64,000 nucleotides of DNA from Thainema sp. (lineage in GTDB: Bacteria > Cyanobacteriota > Cyanobacteriia > Phormidesmidales > Phormidesmidaceae). This document shows, piece by piece, positions 50,953-62,258 of the stretch. Position 1 is the stretch's first letter. Every line of letters begins with the position of its first letter. The notes under the pieces were generated by a model. It worked only from the letters and a program-made list of their open reading frames with translations, had not been told where the DNA came from and did not search any database. Where the stretch lies: NCBI GenBank assembly GCA_052168235.1, contig JBQLZK010000002.1:224001-288000 (forward strand), given 5' to 3'. A program made the translations under genes and the position numbers.

Positions 50953-51759
50953 ATGCTTGTGATTAGCTGTGGAATGATGCGGTCGGGATCGACGCTGCAA
51001 TATCAGCTGGCGGTGGAGCTGTTGCAGCGGGCCGGACGAGGCGAAGGAATTGGTGAGGTACGCAACACGACCTGCCAGGATCTAGAGGCGCAAACCCACG
51101 GTCATGTGCATGTGGTCAAGGTTCACAAGCGACAGTTGCTGGCTGGGGTGTCAGATGCGATCGCAGATGGCTATGCCACGGGTCTTTACATTTCGCGGGA
51201 TATTCGCGATGTGGCGGTGTCGCTGATGAATATGCGCCAGATTAGCTTTGAGCGGTTAATGTTTCGCAGTGGTGAAGTGGAGCAGGCGCTGCGGGACTAT
51301 GAGGCATGGACAGCACTACCTGGAATTTTGATTTCCCAGTACGAGGTGATGATGGCCGATCTCGATCAGGAAGTGCAGCGGATTGCGCGTCATCTCAATA
51401 TCGACATTTCACCGGAAACGGCGGCGGAAATCGCTGACAAGTACGACCTGAAGCGGCAGCAAAAGCGGATTCAAGCCTGGAAAGCTGACCCCAACTACGA
51501 CGCCAGTCAGCACGACCCCAATACGCTGCTGCATCACAATCACATTCGCTCTGGTGAAACCCAGCAGTGGCGGACGGTGCTGACGCCGATCCAGATTGCC
51601 TATTTGGAATACATGGCCGGAGACTGGTTGCGATCGCAGGGCTATGAACTCAGCCAACCCCAGTGGCGTCAACAGCTTAGCCGCGCTGTCTTCCTAAAAG
51701 AAAAGGTGCGGCGCAAGTGGAATGCTCTATCCCGTCGCTGGTCTGCTCGAACAGCTTGA
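50953..51759 (+). CDS. Sulfotransferase-fold protein
   Basis: GMMRSGST 5'-PSB-like loop, RDIRDVAVS 3'-PB motif. Confidence 0.75.
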   Translation: MLVISCGMMRSGSTLQYQLAVELLQRAGRGEGIGEVRNTTCQDLEAQTHGHVHVVKVHKRQLLAGVSDAIADGYATGLYISRDIRDVAVSLMNMRQISFERLMFRSGEVEQALRDYEAWTALPGILISQYEVMMADLDQEVQRIARHLNIDISPETAAEIADKYDLKRQQKRIQAWKADPNYDASQHDPNTLLHHNHIRSGETQQWRTVLTPIQIAYLEYMAGDWLRSQGYELSQPQWRQQLSRAVFLKEKVRRKWNALSRRWSARTA

Positions 51760-51773
51760 GGTGGCGATGGCTG

Positions 51774-52550
51774 CTATAAAATCTGAGACAGGAATTTTTG
51801 CGATCGCTCTTCTTTGGGATTGTTGAAAAACTCTTCTGGCGTGGCTTCTTCAACCAGAACGCCGCTATCCATCAGCACCACCCGGTCGGCCACTTCTCGG
51901 GCAAAGCCGACTTCGTGGGTGACGCACACCATTGTCATGCCGGAGGAGGCTAGTGTCCGCATTACGTCTAATACTTCTCGCACCATCTCGGGGTCAAGCG
52001 CCGAGGTCGGTTCGTCGAACAGCATGATTTTCGGTTCCATCGCTAGAGCCCGTGCGATCGCAACCCGCTGCTGCTGACCACCGGATAGCTGGCCCGGATA
52101 TTTCTGCGCCTGTTCCAGGATGCCAACCCTTTCCAGGAGCTGCATGGCTTTTTCTTCGGCCCGCTTTTTCGGCCAGCGGCGCACCCAAATGGGTGCCAGA
52201 GTGACATTTTTCAGCACGGTCAGGTGGGGAAACAGATTAAATTGCTGAAACACCATGCCCACTTCGCGCCTTACCGTGTCGATGTTTTTCAAATCACGGG
52301 ATAGATGAATTCCGTCGATCACGATGCTGCCTTTTTGATAAGTTTCCAAGGCATTGAATGTGCGAATGAAGGTGGATTTTCCAGAACCGGATGGTCCCAT
52401 AACGACGACGACTTCGCCTTTGGTGACGGTTAGGCTAACTCCTCGCAGCACGTGAAAATTATTGTCGTACCACTTCTCCACGTCCGTCGCAACGATGATT
52501 GGTTCGCCCATACCTCCAGTCGTTTCAGATTGAGCTTGAACTTGTGTCAT
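51774..52550 (-). CDS. Amino-acid ABC transporter ATP-binding protein
   Basis: [33 protein letters not shown]. Confidence 0.93.
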   Translation of the reverse strand: MTQVQAQSETTGGMGEPIIVATDVEKWYDNNFHVLRGVSLTVTKGEVVVVMGPSGSGKSTFIRTFNALETYQKGSIVIDGIHLSRDLKNIDTVRREVGMVFQQFNLFPHLTVLKNVTLAPIWVRRWPKKRAEEKAMQLLERVGILEQAQKYPGQLSGGQQQRVAIARALAMEPKIMLFDEPTSALDPEMVREVLDVMRTLASSGMTMVCVTHEVGFAREVADRVVLMDSGVLVEEATPEEFFNNPKEERSQKFLSQIL

Positions 52551-52691
52551 GGTGTTTTTCCTACCCGTATGAATACGTTGAATCAAAATGATGCAGTTTT
52601 AAATAGCTGCGAGATCGCTGGATTGGTTATATCAACTCATGTTGACCGCATTTTAGCCTGATGACTGTCGGCCAAAGCGCAAGTGTGAAGT

Positions 52692-52723
52692 TATATGCAG
52701 TCCGGTTACGCGGACTTGATATT
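52692..52723. repeat. Short member of the TATATCAAGTCCG palindrome family
   Basis: tatatgcagtccg-gttacg-cggacttgatatt. Confidence 0.55.
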
Positions 52724-52896
52724 ACGTTTGCCTCCAGTTCTGCTGACACCTTAGAGCAGGTTAGCCGAGGCCATTGTTATATAGATGACAAACCCTTGGC
52801 CGAACAAGGTTTCAGCTAACTTTAGCCGCTCTAGTTGAGTTGCAGCTTATAGCCATTAGGTCGAGTGCTAACTTTTTTGATTTGCCGCCTATTTCC

Positions 52897-54126
52897 CTAG
52901 CGCTGTCCGGTATTCAACTGCTTCTCGATTTGACGACTGCCGAGCGCCATTGCATAGCAGCAGACCCAGTAAATCAGCGCCACGAAGGTATACACCTCGG
53001 CGTAGCGACCCAAAAATTGCGGGTTAGCCAGGATCGACTGCGAGATGCCTAAGAGTTCGACCAGACCGACAATCGCTAGCAGCGATGTGTCTTTGAACAA
53101 GCTGATAAACTGGCCCACAATTGTGGGAATTACGGCTTTCAGTGCCTGCGGCAGGACGATCAGCAGCGTGACCAGTGCGCCATTGAGACCCAAGGCACGA
53201 GCCGCTTCTGACTGTCCGCGTGGAATGGCCTGTAAACCACCGCGCACGTTTTCCGCCAGATAAACTGCCGCAAAGATGGTCAAACCTGCGATCGCACGTA
53301 GCACCCGATCGGGTGGTTGCGATCCGGGAGCCAGCACCAGCGGCAGCATCACCTGGGCCATAAACAAAATCGTGATCAGCGGCAGTCCGCGAATGATTTC
53401 AATAAACGCAATACAGACCCAGCGCACGATCACGAGATCACTTTGCCGCCCCAGCGCCAGCAAGACCCCGAACGGAAAGCACAGCACGATACTGGTGACG
53501 GCGGTCAGAAGGGTCAGCACAAAGCCGCTTAGATCCTGCAATCGCACCGTCCTCATACCGGGCAGCAGACCCTGGAGCAGAATCAGGCCAACGATATATG
53601 CAACCAGCCACACCAGCGTCAGCCAGCCGCCAATCCCTTCAACTCGCTGTGCGATCGCATATCCGCCATAGGCCGTTGCGGCTAGCAGGACTACCATGCC
53701 CAGCAGGATCAGGCCACCGGGTACGCTGAAGCCTAGAATTACGCCAATGCTAAGGGCGGCCAAGACGACCAGCACGGCTAAGCTGGTGGTGTTAAACAAG
53801 CGAATATTGCGGCTCAGTACGCCCCAGGTCAGCCCACCCGCTACGGTAAATGCGCCGACGGTAGCCCACAGCCGCCAGGTCAAATCGGCAGGATAGCGTC
53901 CGGCCAGCATCAGTCGAATATTGCGCTGAATCACTTCCCACTGCGCCACGCCAAACACCCACTGCACAATGCCGATGGCTAGCCAAGCCAGCACCACCAC
54001 CGAAACGATGGTCAGGACGGTGTTGAATGGCGAGTTAAATAGGTTGCGTCGCGCCCACTTCACCGGAGCAACCTGACTTTTGGGTGGTGCGGCGACTGTT
54101 CCCGGTTCTGGCTGAGAAAAGGTCAT
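52897..54126 (-). CDS. natH: Amino-acid ABC transporter permease (AapM/NatH type)
   Basis: FIEIIRGLPLI, AENVRGGLQAIPRGQ.EAA.ALG, FKDTSL. Confidence 0.8.
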   Translation of the reverse strand: MTFSQPEPGTVAAPPKSQVAPVKWARRNLFNSPFNTVLTIVSVVVLAWLAIGIVQWVFGVAQWEVIQRNIRLMLAGRYPADLTWRLWATVGAFTVAGGLTWGVLSRNIRLFNTTSLAVLVVLAALSIGVILGFSVPGGLILLGMVVLLAATAYGGYAIAQRVEGIGGWLTLVWLVAYIVGLILLQGLLPGMRTVRLQDLSGFVLTLLTAVTSIVLCFPFGVLLALGRQSDLVIVRWVCIAFIEIIRGLPLITILFMAQVMLPLVLAPGSQPPDRVLRAIAGLTIFAAVYLAENVRGGLQAIPRGQSEAARALGLNGALVTLLIVLPQALKAVIPTIVGQFISLFKDTSLLAIVGLVELLGISQSILANPQFLGRYAEVYTFVALIYWVCCYAMALGSRQIEKQLNTGQR

Positions 54127-54170
54127 GATCTATAACGAGTTCAAAATCAATCAATTTATCGGAGCGGATT

Positions 54171-54237
54171 GTAGGGGCGGGTTTAGCCATCAAATTGTGG
54201 CTTTAAATCAAAATTGGACAGCAAAAACCGCCCCTAC
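54171..54237. repeat. 67-bp GTAG-type palindromic element
   Basis: gtaggggcgggtttagcc...caaaaaccgcccctac. Confidence 0.8.
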
Positions 54238-54272
54238 GCAATGTTGGTTTGAATTTAGAGACCTGTATTCAG

Positions 54273-55442
54273 CTAGCGCTCTTTGAGCTGTACTGACTGA
54301 TTAAATACATTCATCAGTAGCGCAATGATCAGGTTGATGATCAGATAGGTGGACATCACAATCAGGATCATTTCTACCGAGCGCCCGGTTTGGTTCGCGG
54401 TGGTATTGGATACCGAAAAGATGTCGTTGTAGCCAATTGCGATCGCAAGACTGGAGTTCTTAGCCAGGTTTAAATACTCACTGGTCAGCGGTGGGATCAT
54501 CACCCGCAGCGCCTGAGGAAAAATCACCAACTGCATGACGCGATTGGACTGTAAGCCCAGTGCCCGTGCGGCTTCCCACTGTCCTTTTGAAACCGACTGA
54601 ATGCCAGCTCGCACCACCTCTGCGATAAAGGCAGCGGTGTAAAGTACCAGTCCGGTCAGCAAAGCCGCAAATTCTGGTGATAGATTGAGTCCTCCGGTCA
54701 GGGATGTTCCTTCCAGCACCGGAACTTCCCACTGTAGGCCAAAGATCAGGCAGACCACTAAAACCGCCAGCGCAATATACTGGGCGATGTTCAACGACTG
54801 CGGTGACGTGCCCGTTTGCTCCATCAGCTTCATCCGTCGTCGCCAAATGACGACCAGTGCGATCGCACTAGCAACCAGCAGCAGTAGCGCTAAGCCTGTT
54901 CGCAGCGTATAGAGCGGCCACAGTAGATCGACCCCACGCTGGGTCAGGTAGAAACCTGGCACGCTAATGGGGGTTTCAATTGCTGGCAGATTCAGAAAAA
55001 CGGCAAAGTACCAAAAGAAAAGCTGAAGCAGCAGCGGCGTATTGCGAAAAATTTGCACGTAGATGCTCGAAATTTGCTGCACAAGCCAGTTATCGGACAG
55101 TCGCGCAATCCCGGAAACAACGCCAACCACGGTGGCTAAGATGATGCCCAAAATCATCACGCGCAGTGAGTTGAGCAAACCCACCAGCAGCGCTCTGCGA
55201 TAAGGATCGGTGGGCGAATAGGGGATGGCCGTATCGCCAATGCCAAAGGATGCGGCTCGGTCTAGAAACTCGAAGCCAAAGGGAATATTGAGCCGCTGAT
55301 AGTTAATGGCGAAATTGGTCGCCAAAATCGCAAAAATGACGGCAATGATGGCCAAGATAATCACTTGAATGGCAATCTTGACGATCCGTTCGTCTCGCCA
55401 AAGGGGAATTTTTTCCTCGGTAATCATCGGATCATGGGTCAT
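54273..55442 (-). CDS. natG: Amino-acid ABC transporter permease (AapQ/NatG type)
   Basis: RNTPLLLQLFFWY, AEVVRAGIQSV.KGQWEAA, KNSSLAIAIGY. Confidence 0.8.
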   Translation of the reverse strand: MTHDPMITEEKIPLWRDERIVKIAIQVIILAIIAVIFAILATNFAINYQRLNIPFGFEFLDRAASFGIGDTAIPYSPTDPYRRALLVGLLNSLRVMILGIILATVVGVVSGIARLSDNWLVQQISSIYVQIFRNTPLLLQLFFWYFAVFLNLPAIETPISVPGFYLTQRGVDLLWPLYTLRTGLALLLLVASAIALVVIWRRRMKLMEQTGTSPQSLNIAQYIALAVLVVCLIFGLQWEVPVLEGTSLTGGLNLSPEFAALLTGLVLYTAAFIAEVVRAGIQSVSKGQWEAARALGLQSNRVMQLVIFPQALRVMIPPLTSEYLNLAKNSSLAIAIGYNDIFSVSNTTANQTGRSVEMILIVMSTYLIINLIIALLMNVFNQSVQLKER

Positions 55443-55504
55443 GGGTCATCGTTGGTGCACAAAAGCAAACAGGGCAGACCGAGTGGTCTACCCTGTTAGA
55501 AGTT

Positions 55505-56560
55505 TTAGCGGAACGGTGGAGAATACATCAGTCCTCCCTCGGTCCATAGCTCATTGGGGCCACGCTCTAAATCGAACGGTTCACCAATGTTGCGCTCGTA
55601 AATTTCGCCATAGTTGCCTACGGCCCGAATTGCCCGCGCCGCAAAGTCGTTGGGCAGACCCATGTCTTCACCCAAGTTCCCTTCCAGACCCAGGAAGCGC
55701 TGAATATTGGGATCTTCGGTGTTCTGGAACGTATCAATATTTTCTGAGGTAATGCCAAATTCTTCAGCCTGAATCAAAGAATAGACAACCCACTTGACGG
55801 CGTCAGACCAGTTGGTATCACCGTTGACCACCGCAGGGGCCAGCGGTTCCTTAGACAGGACGACATCCATCACCACATGGTCATCAGGATTGGGCAGCGT
55901 GGTGCGGCGAGCCGTAAGTTGGGAACGGTCAGAGGTGGCTCCCTGGCAGCGACCGCTGGCATAGGCCGCATAGAGGGCATCCTCATCGTCAAAGACAACG
56001 GGCGTATATTCAACGCCGCGCTTGCGCATTTGGTCGGCCAAGTTCAGCTCGGTGGTAGTGCCAGCCTGCACGCAGATCGAAGCGCCTTCTAAATCTTCTA
56101 AAGTCGTGAAGCCAGAGGCTCTGGATACCAACATGCCCTGACCGTCATAGAAGACTGTGGGCGCAAACTCTAAACCAACGGACGTATCGCGGCTAATGGT
56201 GTCGGTGGTGTTGCGGCTAAGGATATCGACTTCACCCGTTTGCACCGCTGTGAAACGTTCTTGAGCACTCAGGTTGCGATATTCAACCGCATTGGGATCG
56301 TCAAACAGGGCTGCCGCGATCGCACGGCAAACGTCAACATCTAGACCCGAATATTCACCGCTTTCGTTCACGAAGCTAAATCCGGGTAGCTGTCCATTAA
56401 CGCCGCAGACGAGAGTGCCACGAGATTGAACCGAGTTGAGGAGGCTGCTACCACTACCTCCTTCTTCACCTTCGGTTGAGGTTGTACCACCACCGCCACA
56501 AGCGGTCAGGGCAGCCATCAAGCCAAGGGTGAATAAAAAACGTAAGCTCCGGTTTTGCAT
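55505..56560 (-). CDS. natF: Amino-acid ABC transporter substrate-binding lipoprotein (AapJ/NatF type)
   Basis: Lipobox LTAC, RGTLVCGV, SKEPLAP, VGNYGEIYERN, GGLMYSPPFR. Confidence 0.85.
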   Translation of the reverse strand: MQNRSLRFLFTLGLMAALTACGGGGTTSTEGEEGGSGSSLLNSVQSRGTLVCGVNGQLPGFSFVNESGEYSGLDVDVCRAIAAALFDDPNAVEYRNLSAQERFTAVQTGEVDILSRNTTDTISRDTSVGLEFAPTVFYDGQGMLVSRASGFTTLEDLEGASICVQAGTTTELNLADQMRKRGVEYTPVVFDDEDALYAAYASGRCQGATSDRSQLTARRTTLPNPDDHVVMDVVLSKEPLAPAVVNGDTNWSDAVKWVVYSLIQAEEFGITSENIDTFQNTEDPNIQRFLGLEGNLGEDMGLPNDFAARAIRAVGNYGEIYERNIGEPFDLERGPNELWTEGGLMYSPPFR

Positions 56561-56797
56561 AGGTATTTAGTAAGCTTTTAAGACAAGAACAAATGTAGTA
56601 CAGCTAGTGTAGTACACCTGAGTTAGTGCTATTCACAATACGAAACACTATAAGGCTGCGATCGCACGGCCACAGCACAACTTATAGAAAATTCGCTCTT
56701 ATCTTAGTCGCAACACGTGGTTTGAAGTGTAGTCTCACGAGCAGACAAAACCGATGTGAATCGAGTAGACAGTTCGAGTAAACAGTGCCAGTGAGGG

Positions 56798-57016
56798 CTA
56801 AGCCGCCAGCCGCTGGTCGGCGATGTCCCGAATCAGTGAGAGCTTGGAGTAGAGATAAGCTGCTAAAGTCCCTTTTTCGTCTGCACTTAGGGGATAGCTG
56901 ACTTGGGTCTCTTGGATAAGCCACTGTACTAAGCCTGTGTCATCCAAATTCAACAGTGTATGAGTATGAGCTGATTCAATCTGCATCCACAGCTTTCTCA
57001 AGATTAAAGGATCCAT
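56798..57016 (-). CDS. Small conserved cyanobacterial hypothetical protein
   Basis: MDPLILRKLW..IE...LL.LDD..LVQWL...KLSLIRDIA; GAGG RBS. Confidence 0.7.
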   Translation of the reverse strand: MDPLILRKLWMQIESAHTHTLLNLDDTGLVQWLIQETQVSYPLSADEKGTLAAYLYSKLSLIRDIADQRLAA

Positions 57017-57568
57017 TGTTTTACCTCTTCTGCGTTCTTCTACGTATTGAGCAAGCAGGTCAGTAGTATTGAGCGAGCAGTTCCTATTTCTCACCATACA
57101 CACTGAAGAAGAGAATGGTCTGAAATGTCAAATAGTATGAAACAAGAGTTACTAAAACCTCAAATTATTGACGTACAACTTGATTAAGAATTGCTCTACT
57201 TTTCTGAAACTTCAAATGTCAGTGTTATTAAGATATCTTCAAGAAATATTAAAGCTGCTAGGCAGCAGCAGTTTATAACAAGTAGCAGCCTTATCCTGTT
57301 GATACTGTATCGATGCTCCCATGACAGGAGGTACTGAAATCTCCTGTTCGCGATGGTTTCGGCGCTTTCTTGATCTCAGCGACACTATGAAAGCCGCCAA
57401 TGTAAAGAACGAGTTTGGAAGATAGCGAGACGAGAGAAATTAGCGTTGCAACGTTTTATTGATCAGGCTATTTACAAAGGCCTCTGCTGAAAGATAGATT
57501 TATGGCAATTACTTGCTGCCAGGTAAATTAATTCCTGTTGAAGAGTATCTGATCAAGCGCGGAAAACT

Positions 57569-57582
57569 GTATCTATTGCTAC
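57569..57582. promoter_or_regulatory. Candidate NtcA box
   Basis: tGTA-tctattgc-TACa; TAN3T hexamers on both sides (TAGATT on + strand, TACTCT on - strand). Confidence 0.55.
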
Positions 57583-57869
57583 AAATAGTTTTCTATAGTT
57601 CTATATAGATTCCTGATCGGTTTTGAAGCCGATTTCTGCATTAATGTGTGAAGTCATTGGATTGCTGCTAAATGCGCGATCGCACGTTATCTGCTCCAGC
57701 TTTCTTGTCGCAAAATAAACTTTTTGATCATTGGTTTACAATCCGTTTTGATTAGTTATGCCGATTATGATTTCAGGTCAAGTTGCGATCGCAGCCACCA
57801 ATCCATCCATCAGCTCCCTTGCTCTACTCCCACTCTCCTCCCGCTCCCCTACTCAACACCTCACAGCTT

Positions 57870-57912
57870 TAAAAGAGAACAGGCACGGCTCAGCCGTGCC
57901 TGTTCTCTTTTA
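57870..57912. terminator. Bidirectional terminator after kaiC
   Basis: taaaagagaacaggcacggct-c-agccgtgcctgttctctttta. Confidence 0.75.
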
Positions 57913-57932
57913 GCTATGTGTAACCGGGCGAT

Positions 57933-59480
57933 CTACTCCACGTTATCCTTCACACCTTTGACAATCCGGGACAACTCTGACTTCTCATCAACGCTGACCC
58001 GGCTCGGTGAACCGCTGATAATCCGCTCAAAGTTGCGGAACGAGTCTTTGATTTCTGGCCCCTGCTCGGTAATCGTATACTCGCGAATGCCCTTGTCGTG
58101 CCACGATCCCCGCATCTTGAACACATTGATCGCCCGTGACATCTCACCCCGGATCTCAACGTACTGCAACATCAAAATCGTGTCGGTAATCGTTGAGATA
58201 TGGGAATCTGTGATTGAGTGGGCACCCATGAACTGGTCAGTGGTATTGGTGAAGAAGCCCGTAATTTCTTCCTGCTTGGCAAAGCCCGTCACGCCGATGA
58301 TGAACTGCCGAAAGGCGTTGTTGCTGACCCCTCGTGCCAGCGCTGATAAGGAATCAATGGCAATGCAATTGGGTTTAAAGTGATCAATCTCTGACTTGAT
58401 CATCTGTAAGTGATCTTCTAGTCCTGCCGACTCCGGATAGGCGCAGAGAATTTTCAGCAAGCCCTTGCGCTCCAGCTCCTCAAATTCGATCCCCCAGGAA
58501 TAGGCGTTGCGAGAAAGCTGTGCCCGCGACTCTTCGTAGGCGAACAGAATGGCCCGCTCACCTCGATTGCAGGCATCTTGAATGAACTTACTAACCAGCA
58601 GGGTTTTGCCCGTACCCGTTGCGCCCGTGGCCAGAATGATGGAGTCCTTGAAGAAGCCACCGCCACACATTTGATCCAGCGTTTTGACGCCAGAAGAGAC
58701 GCGCACATTGGACGATCGCTGCGTAAGCCGCATGGCACCCAATGGAAAAATACTGATCCCTTGATTCGTAATCGTGAACGGGTATTCCCCTTTCATGTGG
58801 GTTGTGCCCCGCAGCTTGAGAATCTCAGCCGTCCGTCGCCGCCGCTCTCCTTCAAGGACGTTGCGCAAGATCACGACATTGTCGGAGACAAATTCTTCAA
58901 CCCCAAAGCGGGCAATTGGGCCATATTCCTCGACCCGCTCTGTGGTCATGATTGTGGTGGCACCCACCTGCTTCATGCGGGCAACTAGGCGAAAAATCTC
59001 GCGCCGAACGACCGATGCCGCATCGTACTGCTGAAAGACTGCTGTGACTGAATCGATAGACACTCGCCGCGCCTTGTACTTCCGAATGGCGTAGTGAATC
59101 CGCTCAATCAGCGCCGACAGGTCAAAACTGCCGACCACATCCTGTCCTTCTGGATCGGGTGATGCATCCAGAATAAACAGCTTGCCGTCATCGATCAGTT
59201 TTTGCAGATCCCAGCCAAAACTGTAGGCGTTCTTGATAATATCGGCTGGAGACTCCTCAAAAGTGACAAATATGCCGGGTTCATCGAATTGGGAAATGCC
59301 ATTGTAGAGAAACTGAACGGCAATCAGTGTTTTGCCCGTGCCCGAGGTGCCGCTAACTAGGGTTGTACGACCCGTTGGGAGTCCACCATGACTAATGTCA
59401 TCGAACCCCTCGATCATCGTGCGGATCTTCTGCACTCCTTTTGCTTCTAGCTGGCTACCATTCGAATTAGGCTGACTCAT
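57933..59480 (-). CDS. kaiC: Circadian clock protein KaiC
   Basis: Two RecA-like domains (GTSGTGKT, GATGTGKT), DSHISTITDT phosphosite region. Confidence 0.99.
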   Translation of the reverse strand: MSQPNSNGSQLEAKGVQKIRTMIEGFDDISHGGLPTGRTTLVSGTSGTGKTLIAVQFLYNGISQFDEPGIFVTFEESPADIIKNAYSFGWDLQKLIDDGKLFILDASPDPEGQDVVGSFDLSALIERIHYAIRKYKARRVSIDSVTAVFQQYDAASVVRREIFRLVARMKQVGATTIMTTERVEEYGPIARFGVEEFVSDNVVILRNVLEGERRRRTAEILKLRGTTHMKGEYPFTITNQGISIFPLGAMRLTQRSSNVRVSSGVKTLDQMCGGGFFKDSIILATGATGTGKTLLVSKFIQDACNRGERAILFAYEESRAQLSRNAYSWGIEFEELERKGLLKILCAYPESAGLEDHLQMIKSEIDHFKPNCIAIDSLSALARGVSNNAFRQFIIGVTGFAKQEEITGFFTNTTDQFMGAHSITDSHISTITDTILMLQYVEIRGEMSRAINVFKMRGSWHDKGIREYTITEQGPEIKDSFRNFERIISGSPSRVSVDEKSELSRIVKGVKDNVE

Positions 59481-59840
59481 GGCTGGATGGACTCAATACA
59501 ATCAATCAAATCTAGAGCGAACGAGCAATCAGAGGCTCTAATGATCCTGTTTATGGACATGCTTGTGGACATCGACCAACCATTTGAAAACCTTTTGTAC
59601 AAGTAATCAAGGCAAATCATGCCCATGTTTTGGATGTCTCGTCAACAAATGTTAAGTGAGCGCAAACACTGGTGCAACAATCTATTGATCTAGCAAATAG
59701 TTAAGCAGATTGGCAGAATTCATCTTGGCCGAATCTCATGATAGGTCAAAGGCCATGCCAATACCCATTGGAACACGATTTGGTGCGAATCTGGATCGAT
59801 AACCGAGTTTTTAGCAACTGAATAATTTTCATCTAGACTG

Positions 59841-60158
59841 CTATAGCTCGTTTGCTTCATCGTCACGCAGTTCTTCATAGAGCAGGTCGAGGCCGATGAG
59901 GACTCGTTCGCGGTCAGACAGGTCGCCAATAATTTTGCGGACGGGTGGCGGCAGAATTTTGGATAGGGTCGGTGTCGCGAGGATTTTGTCTTCTTCTGCA
60001 AGCTGGGGATTTTTCAACACATCAATTACTTTCAACGCATAGACACCCTGAAACTCCTGTTCCAGAATGTTGTTGAGTGTTTTGAGTGCCCGAATCGAGT
60101 TGGGCGTATTGCCTGCCACATAGAGCTTCAGCACGTAGGTTTTTTTCAGAGTATTCAT
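59841..60158 (-). CDS. kaiB: Circadian clock protein KaiB
   Basis: [39 protein letters not shown]. Confidence 0.99.
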   Translation of the reverse strand: MNTLKKTYVLKLYVAGNTPNSIRALKTLNNILEQEFQGVYALKVIDVLKNPQLAEEDKILATPTLSKILPPPVRKIIGDLSDRERVLIGLDLLYEELRDDEANEL

Positions 60159-60450
60159 AGTTTGGCAGCACGGATAATCGATGTGACTAGTTAGAAATCG
60201 TGACAGAATATCATTCACTCAATTTATTCACTCAATGTAGACGCTTTCCACGAGTAATCTCGCGAAGCGTTAGGGTCTTTTACGGATTGCTCTAAAAACT
60301 TGATTGATGAGCTTGACTTCCGATGATGATGAGTGATGACGAAAGGTTGCGATCGCAGATTATCCTAATCCGCAGATCATCCTAATCCATCAGGCTTGCA
60401 TGCGGGTTCATTGTTACCGCCGTTATCGCCAGGTTATCACCAGCTCGTGA

Positions 60451-61398
60451 TCAGGACTCGCGCGGAATTGACCGTCGGTACATCTCACAGAGGTGGGCAA
60501 TCACATCAATCAGCGTTAGCCGATAATCCATCAAAATTTCCTCGCTGCGGCCCTCTAGCTGGAGCTGTTTCGAGAATTCGTCCATCAGCTCCATATGAAT
60601 TTCGACGATCTGAGAAACTGACACATCTGCAAAGAAGGCCGTGTTGATATACTCATCGATGTGCTGATTCGTCTTTTCGCTGTCAGAAAAATAGGTCAAC
60701 ACGATCTCACGATAACGCCGACTGAGATCTGACAAGAACTCTTGGCGTTCATCGGGACTCATATGTCGCAGGAAATACTGGGGATTTCGTTTGTAGTACA
60801 CACCAAGATAACCAAGCCGCTCCTTCAATTTAGAAGCTAGACGTCGTTGTTGTAGAACCAGGGACGTTTGCTGTGTTGCGCCTAAGCTAGCGCTGAGATG
60901 AGGCAACAGTTGGCTAGAGGGCAAATCTAGAAACTGGTCGATTGCCCGATGGATGCCCGCCTCCAGTGATTGCGGTTCTAATTGCTGAATCAGCAGCAAA
61001 CCATCGTGATAGTGGGTGCGTAATGTCTCAACGGTCGGATTTGTGGTCTGCGAACTGGGGCGAGCGTGGGTACTGACATCGGTGCTGGAGCTTTGATTGG
61101 ATCGGGCATTTTCATAGTCAGATGTTTGAGCTATTCGGGCATCTGCTTGAACGTTCAACACCACGATCGGCAAGAGTACGTGACGTGCCTTGAGGTCGCT
61201 CAACAACGCCAACAAATCAGGAGAGTTCTCTAGTACTAAGCAGTCAATATGATGTAAGTTGTCCTCCGTTAGACCCATCAGTTCCGACTGAGACCCTATG
61301 AAGTCCAACGTATGTCGCTGATGGTCAAGATGCTCAATTAACAACTGAGAGAGCGCATCAGAGTAAATAAAAATGCATAGTGAGAGCTTAGATGACAA
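60451..61398 (-). CDS. kaiA: Circadian clock protein KaiA (TTG start)
   Basis: KLKERLGYLGVYYKR, IHMELMDEF, DYRLTLIDVIAHLCEMYRRSIPRE. Confidence 0.97.
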   Translation of the reverse strand: MSSKLSLCIFIYSDALSQLLIEHLDHQRHTLDFIGSQSELMGLTEDNLHHIDCLVLENSPDLLALLSDLKARHVLLPIVVLNVQADARIAQTSDYENARSNQSSSTDVSTHARPSSQTTNPTVETLRTHYHDGLLLIQQLEPQSLEAGIHRAIDQFLDLPSSQLLPHLSASLGATQQTSLVLQQRRLASKLKERLGYLGVYYKRNPQYFLRHMSPDERQEFLSDLSRRYREIVLTYFSDSEKTNQHIDEYINTAFFADVSVSQIVEIHMELMDEFSKQLQLEGRSEEILMDYRLTLIDVIAHLCEMYRRSIPRES

Positions 61399-62258
61399 AA
61401 TCTTACAAAACCTAACGTAGACAGATTCCGCGATCGCGGCACATCTAGTCTAGATGAAACGATCTTGGAGTAAATACAGAATTATTTAATATTCATTGTA
61501 GTCGGAAAACTCTGCCAATCTGGCTCGCGAGTCAGATTGAATCCTGATTTAAAGGTGGAGAGGTGCCCACATGCTACGCTGCACCCGAGATGCGCCGTTG
61601 TGTCTGCTGCGGCAACGGCAAAATCGATGGGAGTCCTCACGGGAGGCTGGATTCTTAAATGTTCTAATGTTTCTGGGCGATTTAGTTATCTAGGTGTTTC
61701 CATAGGGTAGGTAGCAAAGCTCAAGCCAGTTTTCTAACGCTCCGCTGGGAATATGTTATCTACGGATGCTTAAACAACCTATCGGGATTTGAATAAGGTT
61801 TAAGTCTATCTGGCAAATATCTGACAAGGATGACAAGCAGGATTAGGATAAACGGGTAGTAATAGTTTTCATGGGCTTGTCTGTGAGCAGCGGAAGTATA
61901 TATCGGCTAGAGCTAGGCTAGATCTGCTTAATCTAACTTAATCTGCTTAATCTGATCGATATTTAACTGCGCTTAATCAGATGAATCGATAGTGTTAGAT
62001 GACGAGTCTTAGATAACAAGTCGGGTCTAGATCGCGCTGCTCGAAGTGGTTCTCTAGGTCGTGAAATCTCTAGGTGGTGAGCTGAAGTAAACTGACAAGT
62101 CGCAGTGAGGGGATCCTGCGATCGCAACTCTATCTGATGCGCTGCCTAATGCACGTCAATGATTCGCCTAATCTAAGCTGCTTATCTAAATCTAATTTCT
62201 AATTCACTGGCGGAATTAATAACCGTCTGGATGTTCTGGGGCTAGATTGACAACTGCT

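Noticed and set aside
57724..58383. 219-aa plus-strand ORF
   Set aside because: Antisense shadow of kaiC that crosses a terminator and has no recognisable motifs
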